A stretch of DNA of 64,000 nucleotides. Origin: Euglena gracilis (lineage: Eukaryota). The translations under genes were made by a program, and so were the position numbers. Each line of letters opens with the position of its first letter. The first letter of the stretch is position 1. Below are positions 21,831-34,775 of the stretch, in pieces. Below the pieces are notes generated by a model. The model ran no database searches. It was given only the letters and a program-made list of their open reading frames with translations, and had not been told where the DNA came from. The stretch is from positions 34,829,703 through 34,893,702 of the forward strand of contig CP154954.1 in assembly GCA_039621445.1 (NCBI GenBank). The letters run 5' to 3'.

Positions 21831-22185
21831 TATTCCCTAGACCCCCAACTTTTTCAATGGCTGAGGCAGCAGTTCAAAAATTACATAAGCCTGAAAACAG
21901 ACCTTTTTGACTCACCCGGCAACAAAAAACTGCCACAACCTGTGGCCAGGTGGCCCCACTGGGAAGCCACAGCAGTGGATGCATTGCAATGTCCACTGGA
22001 CAACATGGGGGGCCTTTATGCAAATCCCCCCTGGTCTGTAATTCAAAAATTTCTCCCCAGATTAAGAAGGATTCCTCAAGCCAAAGTTTTGATGGTTACC
22101 CCATACTGGGATTCAGCCACATGGTGGCGCCAGTTAATAAAAATGAAAGTACCAGGGTCCCCCTGCCTGAAAATCACCACTTACA
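21830..22185 (+). CDS. DIRS Dam-like N6-adenine methyltransferase domain (C-terminus displaced to 34112, minus strand)
   Basis: DLFDSPGNKKL, DAL, LYANPPW, VTPYWDSATWW: the established DIRS1 MT domain. Confidence 0.9.
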
Positions 22186-25100
22186 ATTGGCGTGGGGAAC
22201 GCTGCGGAGCTGATTCGCTCCGTATGGTGTTGTGCTCCGGATCATTGACATCAGAGGATGGGGTCTCCCAGTCCTTGATCCAACTGTCGGTGTCTCCACG
22301 ACCTCAGCGGCGGAGCCTGACGCTACGCCTCCACCTGGTAGCGTTAGTTCTGCAGCCACGGCTGTGATACCAGTGACCACGGCGCCGAGTACACGGCCTC
22401 CTAATGAGGTGCGTGCTGCGGGGCTGGAATTTTCTTCGAGGATATCCTCGATGACCATGCCAGTCACCTCGGCGGGAGGCTCAGCCGTTGGGACAGGCGT
22501 AGCGGCCACAGGTATATTCCCTGCAGGTTCTTCGACTGGCCTAGGCTGTGCCGGAGCAGGGAGAGCAGCGTGGAGGATATCCTCCACGAACTCGCCTTCC
22601 TCCTGAGGGAGTTCTTGGTCTCCACCTACCGGTGGACAGACGGGAGCCGCCGCGGGGGCCGGGGAAACTGATCGTTCCCCTGCCGCTCGCACGGCAGAGA
22701 CGAAGGATACAGCCGTTCCTGTCCGAGGCGGCGGTGCTGCCTCCAGAATGGTGACGGAGGGGCTGCGTTTGCGTTCATCCCGCCGCGGAATCGCGGTGGT
22801 GTAAGCGACTGACGCCTCACGTCTCCTTAGCGCCAGAGGTTCATCCTCCGGGACGATGAAGGCGCGCAGATCTTGGGGCAAACGAGGATCGGCGGGGTAC
22901 CATCGGCATCCCTGAGCATCCGCCAGCCTGTAAAAGGCCAGCGTACTGCTACTGGCGCTGTTGGGCCAGGGTGGCGGCCATGATGGCTGCACCCAGGCGT
23001 TGGGAGGCCTTTTCGGGCACAGGAATCCGCTGTAACGCGTATCCTCTTAGACCTCGAGAAAGCCCTCCTCGAACTCCTGATACTCATGCCAGAATCAGCA
23101 TACACATGTCGAGGATGGCCTTCGGGTGCACCATCAACTGGCGGAGTACCTCCCTGTCGAGGGTACCGCCAAACTGTCGCCGTAAATGTTCTTTCAGGTT
23201 GATATCATCCAGGTTCCAGTTAGGGCGCAGGTCGGCGATGACCGGACGACGATAAGGACCCTCAATGTCCGGTAGCAAGCTTTCCATACCAGGCCTATCG
23301 TCCCGGGGTCATTGAGATGCAAATACACCTACATGACGTAGGTGGTCCAGGCTCGCCACCAGAACTGCTGCAGCATAAAAATATGCTGCTTGCGGACGCG
23401 ACGACTTCTGCGCTGGAGAACCGGGGCGTCGCGGCACACATGCAAAAGCATGCGGCGTCCCATCTCCAGACCCGGGTTATCCCGAGGCGGTGGAGGACTT
23501 CCGCGGACGCCGAATCCCCAGGAGTAGACAGGGAATTCCTGCTTACAGTAATTACAACAGAGGTCATACCTCTGTGGGTAAGCCAGGGAAACGCGCCGAA
23601 CGCGGAAGGTTGAGCCGTAATGGCTCACCAGCCACACCTGGAGGTTGTTGCACCACAACACCCCGATCAAGCGTTCGATGTCGGGCTTCAGTGGGTAGCA
23701 TTGCCACTGGACTCCGAGGGGTCCTATCGAATGAATACATTCGATGTTGGCCTTCAGCCTCCGAGCCAACACATGCTGGTCCCGGAATCCCAGTTGGTGC
23801 AGGTAACTGCGACCAGTGGAATCGGTGAAGAGACCCCAGTTTTGGCAGGGCCAACCAGATCTCCCAGAAACCTGGTTGGGCATCCATCAAGGGTCTGCCA
23901 CCTTCACCTTCGAAGGCGTACAGATCATTTCTGTAATGTAATTCTCTGACTTTGTTCTCGGTGTGGTGTAATACCACATCGATGACTGCTCGTGGAGGGG
24001 TGACGGGGCTGTTTCCTGCAACGTGGTAATCGTGCTGCATTCTCCAGCCTTCGTCCTCCAGCTCCTCCTTGAACCTGAGCATTTGCTCAAAGTCCGAGAG
24101 GACTTCCGCTGGTTCGTATTCCTCCTCACGTCCTGTACCCTTACCTTAACCCTCACCTTTGCCCTCACCCTTACCTTTGCCGGCCACGCCTGTGCCATCT
24201 CCTTGCCTTTGCCCCCAGCCTCTCCAGTGTCCTTCCCCGTCTGGCGAATACGGGTCGGGCGCTCGGTGCCGCAGGAGTCGGATCGGATCCTTCACATTCC
24301 ATCTCTGTTGAGGGACCTGGCCGATCCGCTGCACGTCGCGGTGATGCCGTGGCTGGGCGTTGGCTAGGAGCCTGGTGTGGGCTTGGCTTCGACGCAGGGG
24401 GTCGTGGCTCCATACCGGAGGGATCGGCGGTGGCATTGCGGCAACAGGACGAACCATCTCCCTCTGTGTCTCAGCCGGTGGTCGTCCACCCGTGGTATCC
24501 TGGCCAGCTTCCACCTGCATTGCCACACCGCCTTCCGCGTCCCGTGGGCTGGGTCGCCAGGGCTGTGGGGTAAGGTTCTCCGTAGCCCTGTCGCGCTTCA
24601 GAGTGGCGGGTAATACTGCCACACCTGTTGGGGGCTCACGGGGTAATACCAGGGTTGCCACCAGCAGCTGCGGCTGGTACGGATGGTATGGGGTGTATCC
24701 ACGGCCCTGAAGGGCAGCCAGAGAGGCGTAATACCTCGTCCGGTGCTCTTCAGATGCGAATACTGGCTCCTGCAGGAAGTGCCGAGCAAGCTCATCCTGC
24801 TCGGTTCTCGGAGGCGCCATGTGGTAGTAGGGAGTCTCCTGCCGACGGAGGATATCCCCGGTCTGGACAGGAGGTGCACTGGGCGGTCGGGCTGCCACAC
24901 GGTGGGGAGGTTCATCCTCCAACACTATGGGATCCACCTGCCGCCGTTGCTCAACGCCAGGGTCAGGGGCGACCGGCGATGCCTGTTGCATCCAGTGCGC
25001 AAACATGTGTTGGACGTATGCCTCAGGGGGCACGTCCGACTGTCCAGCAGGGACCACGCATGCGCCGCGCGGGTAATCCGCGTGCGTCGCGTACTGCGAG

Positions 25101-25780
25101 ACAAATTGCTCCGCTGGCGGCTCGCGCGGCGGCATTCGCTGCGGCGAGGGCGGGCGAGCAAAAATTCTCGTCATCCCAGGTGGGACATGCACAGCCTCTC
25201 CTACCGGTGGGGGCGTGTGCTCACGCATATGCACGGTGTGGGATCCCACCGGCGACTGCGTTTGCAGCGTGGGCGGTACATACACGCCCAGGTCCATCAT
25301 TGTCTCGCCAGGCTCAAATCCGGAATCGGATGCCGACGAGAATTACCGGCTCCCCGTCATCAGGGCTTGACCACGGGGACACCACTGAGCCACATGCGCG
25401 TTTGCGACCACCAACAACTGAGCACGGTATGCATCCCAAAGGGCTTGCATAAATGGCTCCGTTGGGGGTGTGCGCACATACGCATTTCCTGCTCCAACAT
25501 CTCCGTAGTGCGGAAGATCCTCTCTTCTGCATACTGGGGCAGACACAATCTGCGCTGCACTGGTGGCTGGGGTGCCGGCTGCTGGATGGCAGATGGATCT
25601 GGTACGGCATATGCGGACCGGCTGCTGGTAGCCGCGGCGAATACCGGGGCTGAAACCCTCTCAGCATGTGGGGCACCCGGAATCGGGGGTTCAGCATACT
25701 GAGGGTACTGAGGGTATGGCGCGCCGGAAGGCTGCGTCCATGGTGGACCTGGTCCAGGTCCGCACCAAGGCAGCAAGATG
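22186..25780 (-). pseudogene. Cargo ORF region of a third family-C copy (frameshifted, Pro-rich, GKG repeats, unknown globular segment)
   Basis: Chain of minus-strand ORFs 25360-25875, 24146-25300, 23564-24082, 23329-23883, 22174-22992; last ~105 bp homologous to 12005-12115. Confidence 0.55.
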
Positions 25781-25879
25781 CACATAAACAAAAACACTTT
25801 ATGAAACGCTTTCGTTTTGGACAATGCGTGTGTGTTATGTGAATGTTTCGTGTTTATACCCCCCCTGCACTTCATTTTC

Positions 25880-28800
25880 CGTCTTTCTCACAGGGTTTTT
25901 GGTTAAGATAGAAGTCTTCTTTTTTCAGTGCAACAGCACTAAAACCGACTGACAACAAGGTTTCCCTTCGTTGCAGTCGTCGTTCGGGTAACAGAATTTG
26001 AGAAAAAACTGAACTTCCAGGTGCACTGGAAAAGCCTAAGGACAAAAAGAAAAAGTTTGAAAAATTAGGCTTCGAAGCCCGGCGGCCGCCTCAAAAAACA
26101 GCCGAGGCCGAAGGGTCCGCAAAAACATCGAACAAAGGAAGGGTTTTCATGGAGGTCCTACCCGGATCCTCCGGCCAGAGCGAGGCGCGCCAGGCAGCTG
26201 AAGCAGAAGAAAGACAAAGAAAAAAGACAAGAAAGAACTTTCAAGCCGAAGCAACAACAAAAACATTGTCGAAGCTGAGCGGTATTGAAGCTGCGCGCGG
26301 TACAGAAGCTGTGGACACATACAACACGCGACAAGGGTGTGCCAGCATACAACCCCCAACCACAGCCAACCACAGCTACTAAAGAACCCGAAGAATGGTA
26401 GGCATTCAGAAGTGTCTTTGGTGAAACGGTGCATTCCATCTGCAGAATTTTCAGAAAGATCATTTTTTGCCAAATTTACTTGTTGCATCACCACAGATTT
26501 TTCAGAAAAGTGAAATCCCAGCAGATTTTCATGGGTGACCACTGAATTTTCAGACACGAGAAGGTATTTCACAGTTAAATTGGCCAAACTTCAGCAAGAA
26601 TTACGATGAGGACCCTGAATTTTCTGGAATTTTCTGAAGTCTCCCCACAGTTTTTGCCAACGGAATTCATTTTCAGCAAGATTTGTTGTCGAAGGCAGGG
26701 TCCCATTTGCAAAGTGGCACGGATTTTCCCCCACAAAAAAAACCCAGGTGTTGTCTCACCCAAGGATCTTTCAGTTTTCAAGTGAAAAAAGTGAATTTTC
26801 CCTTTCCTTGTCACAGAAATTTCCTGTGACTTTGGCAGATTTTCAGCCAAAACGGTCAGAGATGGGTGATATCCTCCGTACGGGACAACTTTCCCTTGTG
26901 CCACAGATTTTTGCTGTGGTCTTCATATTTTTTCAGCCAAACTTGTCGAAGATGTGTGGAATCCTCCGTACGTGAAATTTTTCCCTTTTGCCCCGCCAGG
27001 CTGGGAGTGGGCACGGATCAACCTTTTTGGCTGGTGGAGGAGAAACGGGAATTGTCCTCCTCACACAAATTTCAGTCCCCACCGTGCAAACGGAGATGGA
27101 GGAGGGAAACAAAGATCCTTGGTAAGAACGTGCAAGGAGGAGAGTGCACGAAATAGTTCAGTTTCTGGTGCTTGGCGAAGAATGTTGTCAATTTCCCTGG
27201 GCAATGTTGGAAAAAAACTACAGATCCCCCAGATTCAAAAATAGAAACCGCTTTGGTCAAAGGTGATCAAAATTCAGCGGAATTCCAGCCCAATTTTACT
27301 TTGGACGACAGCGCCAAAAGGCAAGAACTTTTTGACGAGAAATTACCTGTTTTGGGTTTGGAAAACTCAAATCAAACGCCGTTTCAGGCAGTTTTGCTGA
27401 AAGTTAAAGGGTTTGTTTAAATTTCCACTTTGGTTATTGGGATTGAGCGATGCTTTTCTCAATTAGAGGGTCTCGGAATTTTCAAACAGACAGAATCCCA
27501 GTTTATTGCGGAAGGGGGTCAACGAGGGCAGTGATTTCCCCCTGCCCAGATCACTGGCCGCCAATTTTGTTTTCACACCCCGGGAAGGACGACCCCCAAC
27601 CCCGGCGTCGCTGTGGTGGCGGCGTCCGGGGGCCCACTCCCCCGCACTGCTGTGGTGGCGGTGCAGGGGGGCCCAGGAGCACCCAGAGCAGCGACGAGTA
27701 CCCCACCCAGGAGCTATGGGTTGGGACTGAGCTATGGGTTGGGACCACGGTTGGGACTTGAAGCGATGAGAAGGCCTGGGTTGGGACCTGAAGGAACGAG
27801 AAGGAGAATCCCAGAGAGAGAGAGTGGGTTGGTTTTTCAATTTTTCAATTTTTCCCCCCGTCGATCCCTACTCGGGCAACCTAGGCCCAGAGGTAGGCTT
27901 TTCGGGCAACAGTGCTGTAGTGGTAGTCTTGCCCAAATGGGAGGAGCACCTTAAGGTTGTCTCTACCCCTGTTGGCAAAGCCACACTTTGCACGTTCCCA
28001 TTACCCAACCCACAACAGTTTTTACCCCCCTCACTCTGTTTTTTGTTTCCCCCAGAATGGTGGATTTTCCTTCCGTAAGTTTGGAAGTAACAGCCTCACA
28101 AACAATAACCCCTTTGAATGCCCCCCAACGAAGCGTGCTGGAATTTCCCCCTGAAACGAATGAAAAATTTCCATCTCTGTGGATCCGGTGCAAATTTTGC
28201 TCACAGGGATGGGGGCAGGGGTAGGGATGATGGGGAAGGCACCGTTTTTGGTTGCCAGATTTCAATTTTTGTTGGTATCCCCTTTTGGGACATGGTGGAA
28301 AAAGAGGCAAAAATCAAAGATTTCAGGTCACAGGCCTGAATTTTCTTTTCGTTGGCATATTTTTACAACGAAACTGTCCAGATTGTCAACAACGTATTTT
28401 GGGGAAGTTTTGAAACATTTTGAGACAGAATTGTTGACGATTCAGGATTTTTTTCAAATCTCATGCACACCTGTCATGTGCTAAGACGGGAAATTCCCCA
28501 GACTTTTCACAAAGAAAGGAAGAATGAAAACCAGAGCGAAGAAAAAATCACAACGGAGTTGGCAAGGGACAAAAATTCGCTTCTTTCACTCAATGAGTGG
28601 TCATTTGGACAAAAATTGCTGTTTTCCTCCAACGATTTTCATATCCCCCCAGCTCAAATCATGTGAATGACACAGGGATGCCTTGAACAAGCGGAGGGGA
28701 GATGGAATTTAAAGGGCCAGGTGCCCTCCCCGCTGAAACGAGTCAACCCCCGATTGGATGGGGGGACCAAATTCATTCAGAAAGCGCGGAACGAGAATTT

Positions 28801-30870
28801 TTTTCAGAATTTCACCAGAAATCGTCAAGAAAGGGGGGCGCTGTCAAAAAATTCTTCATATGTGAAAGAAGCACCGCTCCCAAACCCCAACCACACAACC
28901 TGTGCAATCAGAGCACCGTGTAAGTGTTGTGGTGAGGTTGGAAATAATGCCTCTAACTGTTGGACAAAACTTCTGGATGCAAATCAAGCTCCCCCCACAC
29001 CCAGTTTTCGGCCCCATGCCCATGGGGGGGAGGACGAGGCAAGGGGGGTGGGACGACCAATTTTAATGGCAAAGGTTAGGAAACTGCCCAAGGAAAAAAT
29101 GGTGGCCAACGATTCAGGGGCAGCACTTTTGTTCAAGTGCCCCCAGCGCAAAATTTGTTTCAGAAAATGTTTGCGCCACAGTCAAACACTTTTGTGGACA
29201 AACTCCAGCGATTTTTCGGGCCAAAAGTACCAAAGGGTTTGAAGCTTTTTACAGGAACAAAATCTGGAGGGGGGTGGACTTGACCTTTGCATCCGTGCTG
29301 CAAACGAAATATGGTCACGCCCCACCACGTGTGAAAGAAATTTGGAGTATGCCGATACCCGCACAAAAATGACACTTTCTACACCAAATTTTTACAACTC
29401 CTCACAATTTTCATTAAAGTTCCCCGAAACGGCCTCATGAAGGACCGTGACTTTTTGAAATGGCTGATTTTTTTTAATTTTGATTTTGTCAGTGCAGTCC
29501 CTTTGACTACAAAAAGCCCACTCGTATACGGGGAATGGTGGAGGGTTTGCCAAACCGTTCGTGGCCGGGTTTTTGGTGCAAGTTCACCATCCCAGGTCCA
29601 AAGGACAATTTCGCCGTTTTGGTGGAAACATTTTTGGTGGCACGTCACATAAAAAATACCGATTCCCAGATTTGGTCTTTTTTCAGGGGGACGGGAAAGA
29701 GGAAAGGCATATTCCAAAGGGAAAGGGGGAGGGTTTGGTGTTGGTCCCCCAGGGTAACCCTTCACGAATGACCCATGACGTAAGCGAATTTGGGATTTGG
29801 ATGAACCCCAGATTTTGGGAAACGGTGTTGGAAGTGTTGATTTTCAGGTGGAAAAGGAAGAGGGGAGGGTTGACACGCCTTTTGAAACCCCTCAAATCTC
29901 CCAAGTGGAAAATAGTGAATTATTTCAATTTTCTTCCGCCAATTTGGGGAAAGAGAAGAAAAAACAGGTTGAACGGTCGTCCAATGAAAATTTTGAGTCT
30001 GCCGATATTACCCAAGGCACAAAATCTGACGCTTTTATTGGGCAAGTGTGGGAGGTGGAATCTGTTCAATCTTACGGGTCGTGTTGTGTGGAAGAAAGGA
30101 ATAAAGTTGGAAAGAACAAAAAGGGGATGAGCCCCACTCATTCGGAGGCGAGTGAGTGGGGGGCGTTCCAACGAAAAGTCGACGTGTTGTACCGACACAA
30201 TTTCAGGGAATTTAAGGGTGTTATTTACAGAGAGGAGGTGAAACCCAACCCCCCCGTAAAGGAAGGTGTGCAGGATTTTCAGAGAATTTTTGGAACGAAA
30301 CTTGCCCTGGCATGGGACATGGCCGACAATTTTGTCGGTGAGGCTCCCGTAAGTACCACCCAAGGAATTTCGGGGTTCGGAGGAACACTTTTTGGAATGG
30401 CAAGGAGGTGAGAACTTCACAGATTTGGATTTGCTTTTTGAAAAGCAAAAGAGGGCCAGATTTCTCAGCACATTTTATTTATTTAAAAGTGGTGGAAATT
30501 TTTAGCCAAGATTTGACAGATGTCGCGGGAGGGCACGGGTTGATGTGACACCCCCACAAAAAAGGGTCAGTGAGTCACATTCCCGTTACGGTTGTGGGAA
30601 AAGTGATGAATTGTCATTGCGGGGAACCAATCCCGCGGTTTGCGGGGTTGTTTTCGTTGATTCTGATTTTTGGTGTTTGGTCCCGACAAGCAACAGATCA
30701 CGAAATTCAACAATCGCCCCAACAAAAAAGTTGCATAACTTGCTCCTCAAAGAGGGATTAAGCAAAAACCCCAACAAAAAATGGCCCAACCAACAAAAAA
30801 AGGAGTTTGCTCCTTAAGAGAAAGAATCCCTAACGGAAGGCTAGCCTAAACATCAAAAAACCCTGAAGTC
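25880..30870 (+). mobile_element. Heavily decayed retroelement (gag-like) remnant
   Basis: Fragmented ORFs; degenerate knuckle CKCCGEVGNNASNC (~28919-28960); 26016-26148 repeated at 31838-31968. Confidence 0.4.
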
Positions 30871-31461
30871 TAACAACCAGATCTCTTGAAAGACGGTTAG
30901 TCAAAAAAAAAAACGGTTCGCAAGGGTTGGAAACGCGAAACCATGCCTAGGCCCCATTGTGGCTCGGCGTGCAACTTTCGTAGTTGCAACCCGACCCGCC
31001 TTGGGTGCCCGCAAAGTGTCATTCTAAGCATGAGTGTCGTGTGGTGCGTGGGACAAAAAATAGCATACCATATTGTGATTGTGAACACAGGACTCACACA
31101 TACGCGGTACCGTGGCAACCACCTCGAGTGGGAGGCGGCGGTTGCGGCGACGGCGTACGCAGCTGAGTTGTGCCGCACCGTTGCCCACGCACCGTTGCCC
31201 CACACTGATTTTCCGCATGACCTGTTGCACCGTTGCATCATCTCCCCCCCCCCGGGTGCGGTGTGGTCCGTTGGGCTGCCCCCCCGCCGCCGTTACCTAC
31301 GCGGGGTGGCCTTTTTGGCTGCACCCTCCCCTCTAGTTGCTCTTACCAACCGCACACATACTTCTTTTTTTCGCAAACCAAATTTTTTCTTTCGTTCGGA
31401 CCCCTTCTTTTTTACTTTTGTTTTTCAAAATCTCCCCGATATTTTTCTAAATGGGGGAGTG

Positions 31462-31810
31462 TAAAGGGGTCCTAACCCAAAATTTGTCCAAAATCTGCCT
31501 GAGTGGGGCCGAAAATCACTGAAATACCATTTTTTGGTTTTCAGTCGAACTTAACCTTGGGAAAAGATTATTGTGGTTCGGCTGGAAGGCCTGAACTAAA
31601 TTTTTGACCTTGCTGGGCCGATTGTTTGAAATTTTCAAGAGCGGCCGACCAATTTTCCACAGTAGGACTTGCCATTTTTCCCTAATTAACCTAAGAAAGC
31701 CCCCACTCGTACCCACCAATTTCACACCAATCTCACCCATAGGGTTATTTGCCCACCCAATGCACTGGTACAAGACTACAAAAAATATCAATTGATTGTG
31801 CACGCAAGAA
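31462..31810 (-). repeat. Copy of the family-C post-chromodomain spacer
   Basis: Direct repeat of 34779-35125. Confidence 0.85.
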
Positions 31811-31968
31811 CCAGGAAGCTGAAAAAAATGAATTGCAAGGTTCACTGGCAAAAGTACAAGGACAAAAAAGAAGACATTGAAAAGTTTGGCTTCGAAGCCC
31901 GGCGGCCGCCTCAACAAAAAGCCGAGGCCGAAGTATCCGCAGAAACAGCGAACCAAGGAAGGGTTTTC

Positions 31969-32430
31969 AGTATTCCCCACTTGGGAGCTGTGATAAATTT
32001 GGAGGAAGGAAAACTTCCAGTCCCACCTCAAAAAAATAGAAAACCCTTAGAAAATAAATAGGAAAGTTTTTGGTTGCAAATCACCTCAACTGTCGAAAAA
32101 TGGTTGCAATTCTGGATCAAATTCGTTCAAACAGCACCCCCCCTACGATTTTTAAGGGCATTCACCAACACCCTCAAAGATTTTGTAGACCTTGATAAAA
32201 CCCACAGCTGGGATTATCAGGTGCCCGTTCCCCAACCAGTAAAAGAACAGTTTTTGACTCTAAAGCCCTTTCTTGCAGAGGCCCGTGGGCCACCATTTTT
32301 GGCCCATCCCAACAGAGATTTTGTGTCCAAACAGTTCCAGTGAAGGGTGGGGGGGCCTGGATCTAAATTTTCGTCAAAAACTGCACAATTTTTGGAGAAG
32401 CAATCATGGATGGTACATAAATTTGAAAGC
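31969..32430 (+). pseudogene. Fragment of a related DIRS RT/RNase H
   Basis: HLGAVINLEEGKLPVPPQK, FLRAFT, SSEGWGGLD, YINLK parallel 21125-21580. Confidence 0.75.
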
Positions 32431-32727
32431 GCTCACCCAGCCCTTGTGCTTCGCCCTCCTGGTCATGTCCTCCTTGTTTCCTAAAGGTCCCAGAGTGCAT
32501 CGGTTCGTCACGTTGAAACCGCACCACCAGGTCCCCCAGATGGCGCTAAATGATCCGCCCGTTGTACAGATTGCCGAGTCGATCGCTTCACTGTGTTACA
32601 AACCGCAAATGGCATTGCGCTTCAAATCGTAGACTTGGATTTTTTTCTGGTTTTGGTACTCTTTTGGCTCTGGGTGTTGTTCATTGACATTCCGTATTTA
32701 CCTTCCAAGGGACAGATGCGCAAAGTA

Positions 32728-34112
32728 GTACTCCCTCGAGGCATACCGAGAAGGGAGGAAGGGACACCGAGGGCGAAGCACAAAGACATTGTGAGGCCAT
32801 GCCTTGCTCGCCGGCGGTTTGTTGTGTGATTGTTCGCTGCGCTGGGTTAGGAGCTCCCGCTTAGTGCCGCCTCGCCGGAGTTGGCTGCATTGTCTCCGAC
32901 GTGGCGACCATGGCGCTGTCTTTTCCCCTGGGGGGGTCCCCCCCCTCTGCCTCCCCCTGGCCCCCATCTTCTGACCGAGGGCGTTTGAAGACAAATTTTC
33001 GTATGTGGGTGGGGGGGGTCGGGCTCACAATGTCTTTGTGCTTCGCCCTCGGTGTCCCTTCCTCCCTTCTCGGTCTGCCTTGAGGGAGTACGAGACACCT
33101 CGGGCTCCGCACTTTGCCATTGTGAGGCCAGATTGTGCACTGAAAAAAGGGGGGCCAGGGCATTCTCCAAAGAACCTTGGGCACCAAGTCTTTGATAGTG
33201 GGCTGTGAAAGCCTCCACCCCCTTCCATTGACCAATTTCACAAACTTCTTGGGCAGAAAGGCCCGATTTTTTGAGTAAACCAACCCCTGCCCCTCTGGTG
33301 GAGTGGGGTCCCCAAACCTGGGGGGGTACCCCCTGTTTGGTCAAAAATTCTTTGGTGATAGAAGCAATGGTACATGCCTTAATGGCTTTGTAGGGGGGTT
33401 TTAACGTAATTAACGGGGGGGCCCCAGGTTTCATAAAGAAACGTGTTGCTGCCACATAAGCCATCATTAAATGAAAGGGGCTGATTTGGGGGCACTGGGG
33501 AATGGAGACAACTCTCTCGCACTTATGGAGCGTTTGCCCTTTACGTTTAATTTTGCTGTAGGGTGCCCCCCCCCCAACACACTGGTGGTTCTTTGGACCT
33601 GTGCCAAATCTGAACTTCTGTATAAACAGAGGATGCGTGAACAGAAAATGAGTTGTGTACGCAATGTACGAATATCAGAGGGCAGGAGGGACTGTGCCAG
33701 CCCCAGGAGGATTGGGAGGGGATCCCAGAATGCACCATATTTCTCCAGGTTTTGGTTCCAAAGCCTTTTTTAAGGTGCTAACATGGTATGGAACCTCAGG
33801 CCCCCAATGCCAGGGATTAATAGCATAGCACTGTATGCATTGCGTGTTTGGGCCTTTGAAAATTGAAACAGTTCAATTAAAGCGTCAACCACTTGGTCAG
33901 TGGTGGCTTCAGGGGGGGTACCCCTATTTTGTCCAAAATCACCCATAAAAGCGTAAAAGCGCTTTGATAACGCTTTAAGCTGGGGTTCCCTCCCAGGAAA
34001 TCGTTAATGGATGTATTTTGTATTTGTTTCCCCTCCAGAATTTGCCTGAGCAAACCATGCAAAGTAGGGGCCACCTGCGGGGTGGCATTTCTCCCCCCCT
34101 GCAATTGGTAAA
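32728..34112 (-). mobile_element. DIRS1 3' part: MT C-terminus, tyrosine recombinase, internal complementary region, right ITR
   Basis: FTNCRGGEMPP..WPLLCMVCSG; ICR at 33023-33130; right ITR plus extension at 32728-32887. Confidence 0.88.
33130..34045 (-). pseudogene. Tyrosine recombinase
   Basis: LYRSSDL (R), PHSTRG (HxxR), GQW and AHY catalytic residues; frameshifted. Confidence 0.9.
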
Positions 34113-34775
34113 TGGAGATGGTTGAGAACCCATTAGGGGACCCCCAACACGACTACTGGCGTGAGGTGCAAGAACGTCCAGCCGATAAAGGCAGGTGAGG
34201 CGGCTGTCTTTCAGAACCCTCGTCAGGTATGCCTGACACCCTGTTCGGTTATTTGCCCGAACACCCCTTCGAAGACCCTGTGCGGTACTCGCCGCTAGTA
34301 AGTTCCCACCAGGATGCTGCCATATGCAGGATTCCGTGCACATGCATGCACACCCCTCTCTCCTCTACCCTCTCGCGGGCTTGCGACACGCAGCGCACAG
34401 GGCCGACGGCCTCTTTTCCTTTCCTTTTTCTTTTCGGCCGTTTGAGGCCATAAGGCTGCCAGACAGCACAAGTTTTCTGAACTAATACAACCCCTCACTC
34501 TTCTTTATTCCCCCCCCCGGGGCAAATGCTGTCGCCAGCAGTAGGTGTTGTAGAGTAGGATTTCCTTTTGCGTGGTCAGGTTTGACTGGCCATGCGCCTT
34601 GCCCAGATTTGACTGGTCAGAGGCCCTCTCCTTCAACACCCTCCGCATGGGTTGTCCTGGAATGCCCATGAACCCTACCCCAAGTGCCTTTGGTACATAC
34701 AAACTGCGTGAATTGGTTTGTTTGGCAAGGAAACCTGCCAGCCCCATTTTCCCCAGTAGATTATAATATACTATA
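34113..34775 (+). mobile_element. 3' segment of family-C copy 3 (inverted copy of 11324-12005)
   Basis: Reverse complement aligns with 11324-12005. Confidence 0.88.

Larger units (their letters stand above)
9084..22185 (+). mobile_element. DIRS1-type tyrosine-recombinase retrotransposon, 5' part (left ITR, gag, RT, RNase H, adenine MTase), interrupted by a TRIM at 10111-19830
   Basis: Left terminus matches the ICR/ITR sequences at 32787-33128; gag-like ORF; RT-RH-MT domain order typical of DIRS1. Confidence 0.85.

Noticed and set aside
24628-25702. Long plus-strand ORFs
   Set aside because: Antisense shadows of GC-rich minus-strand coding sequence.
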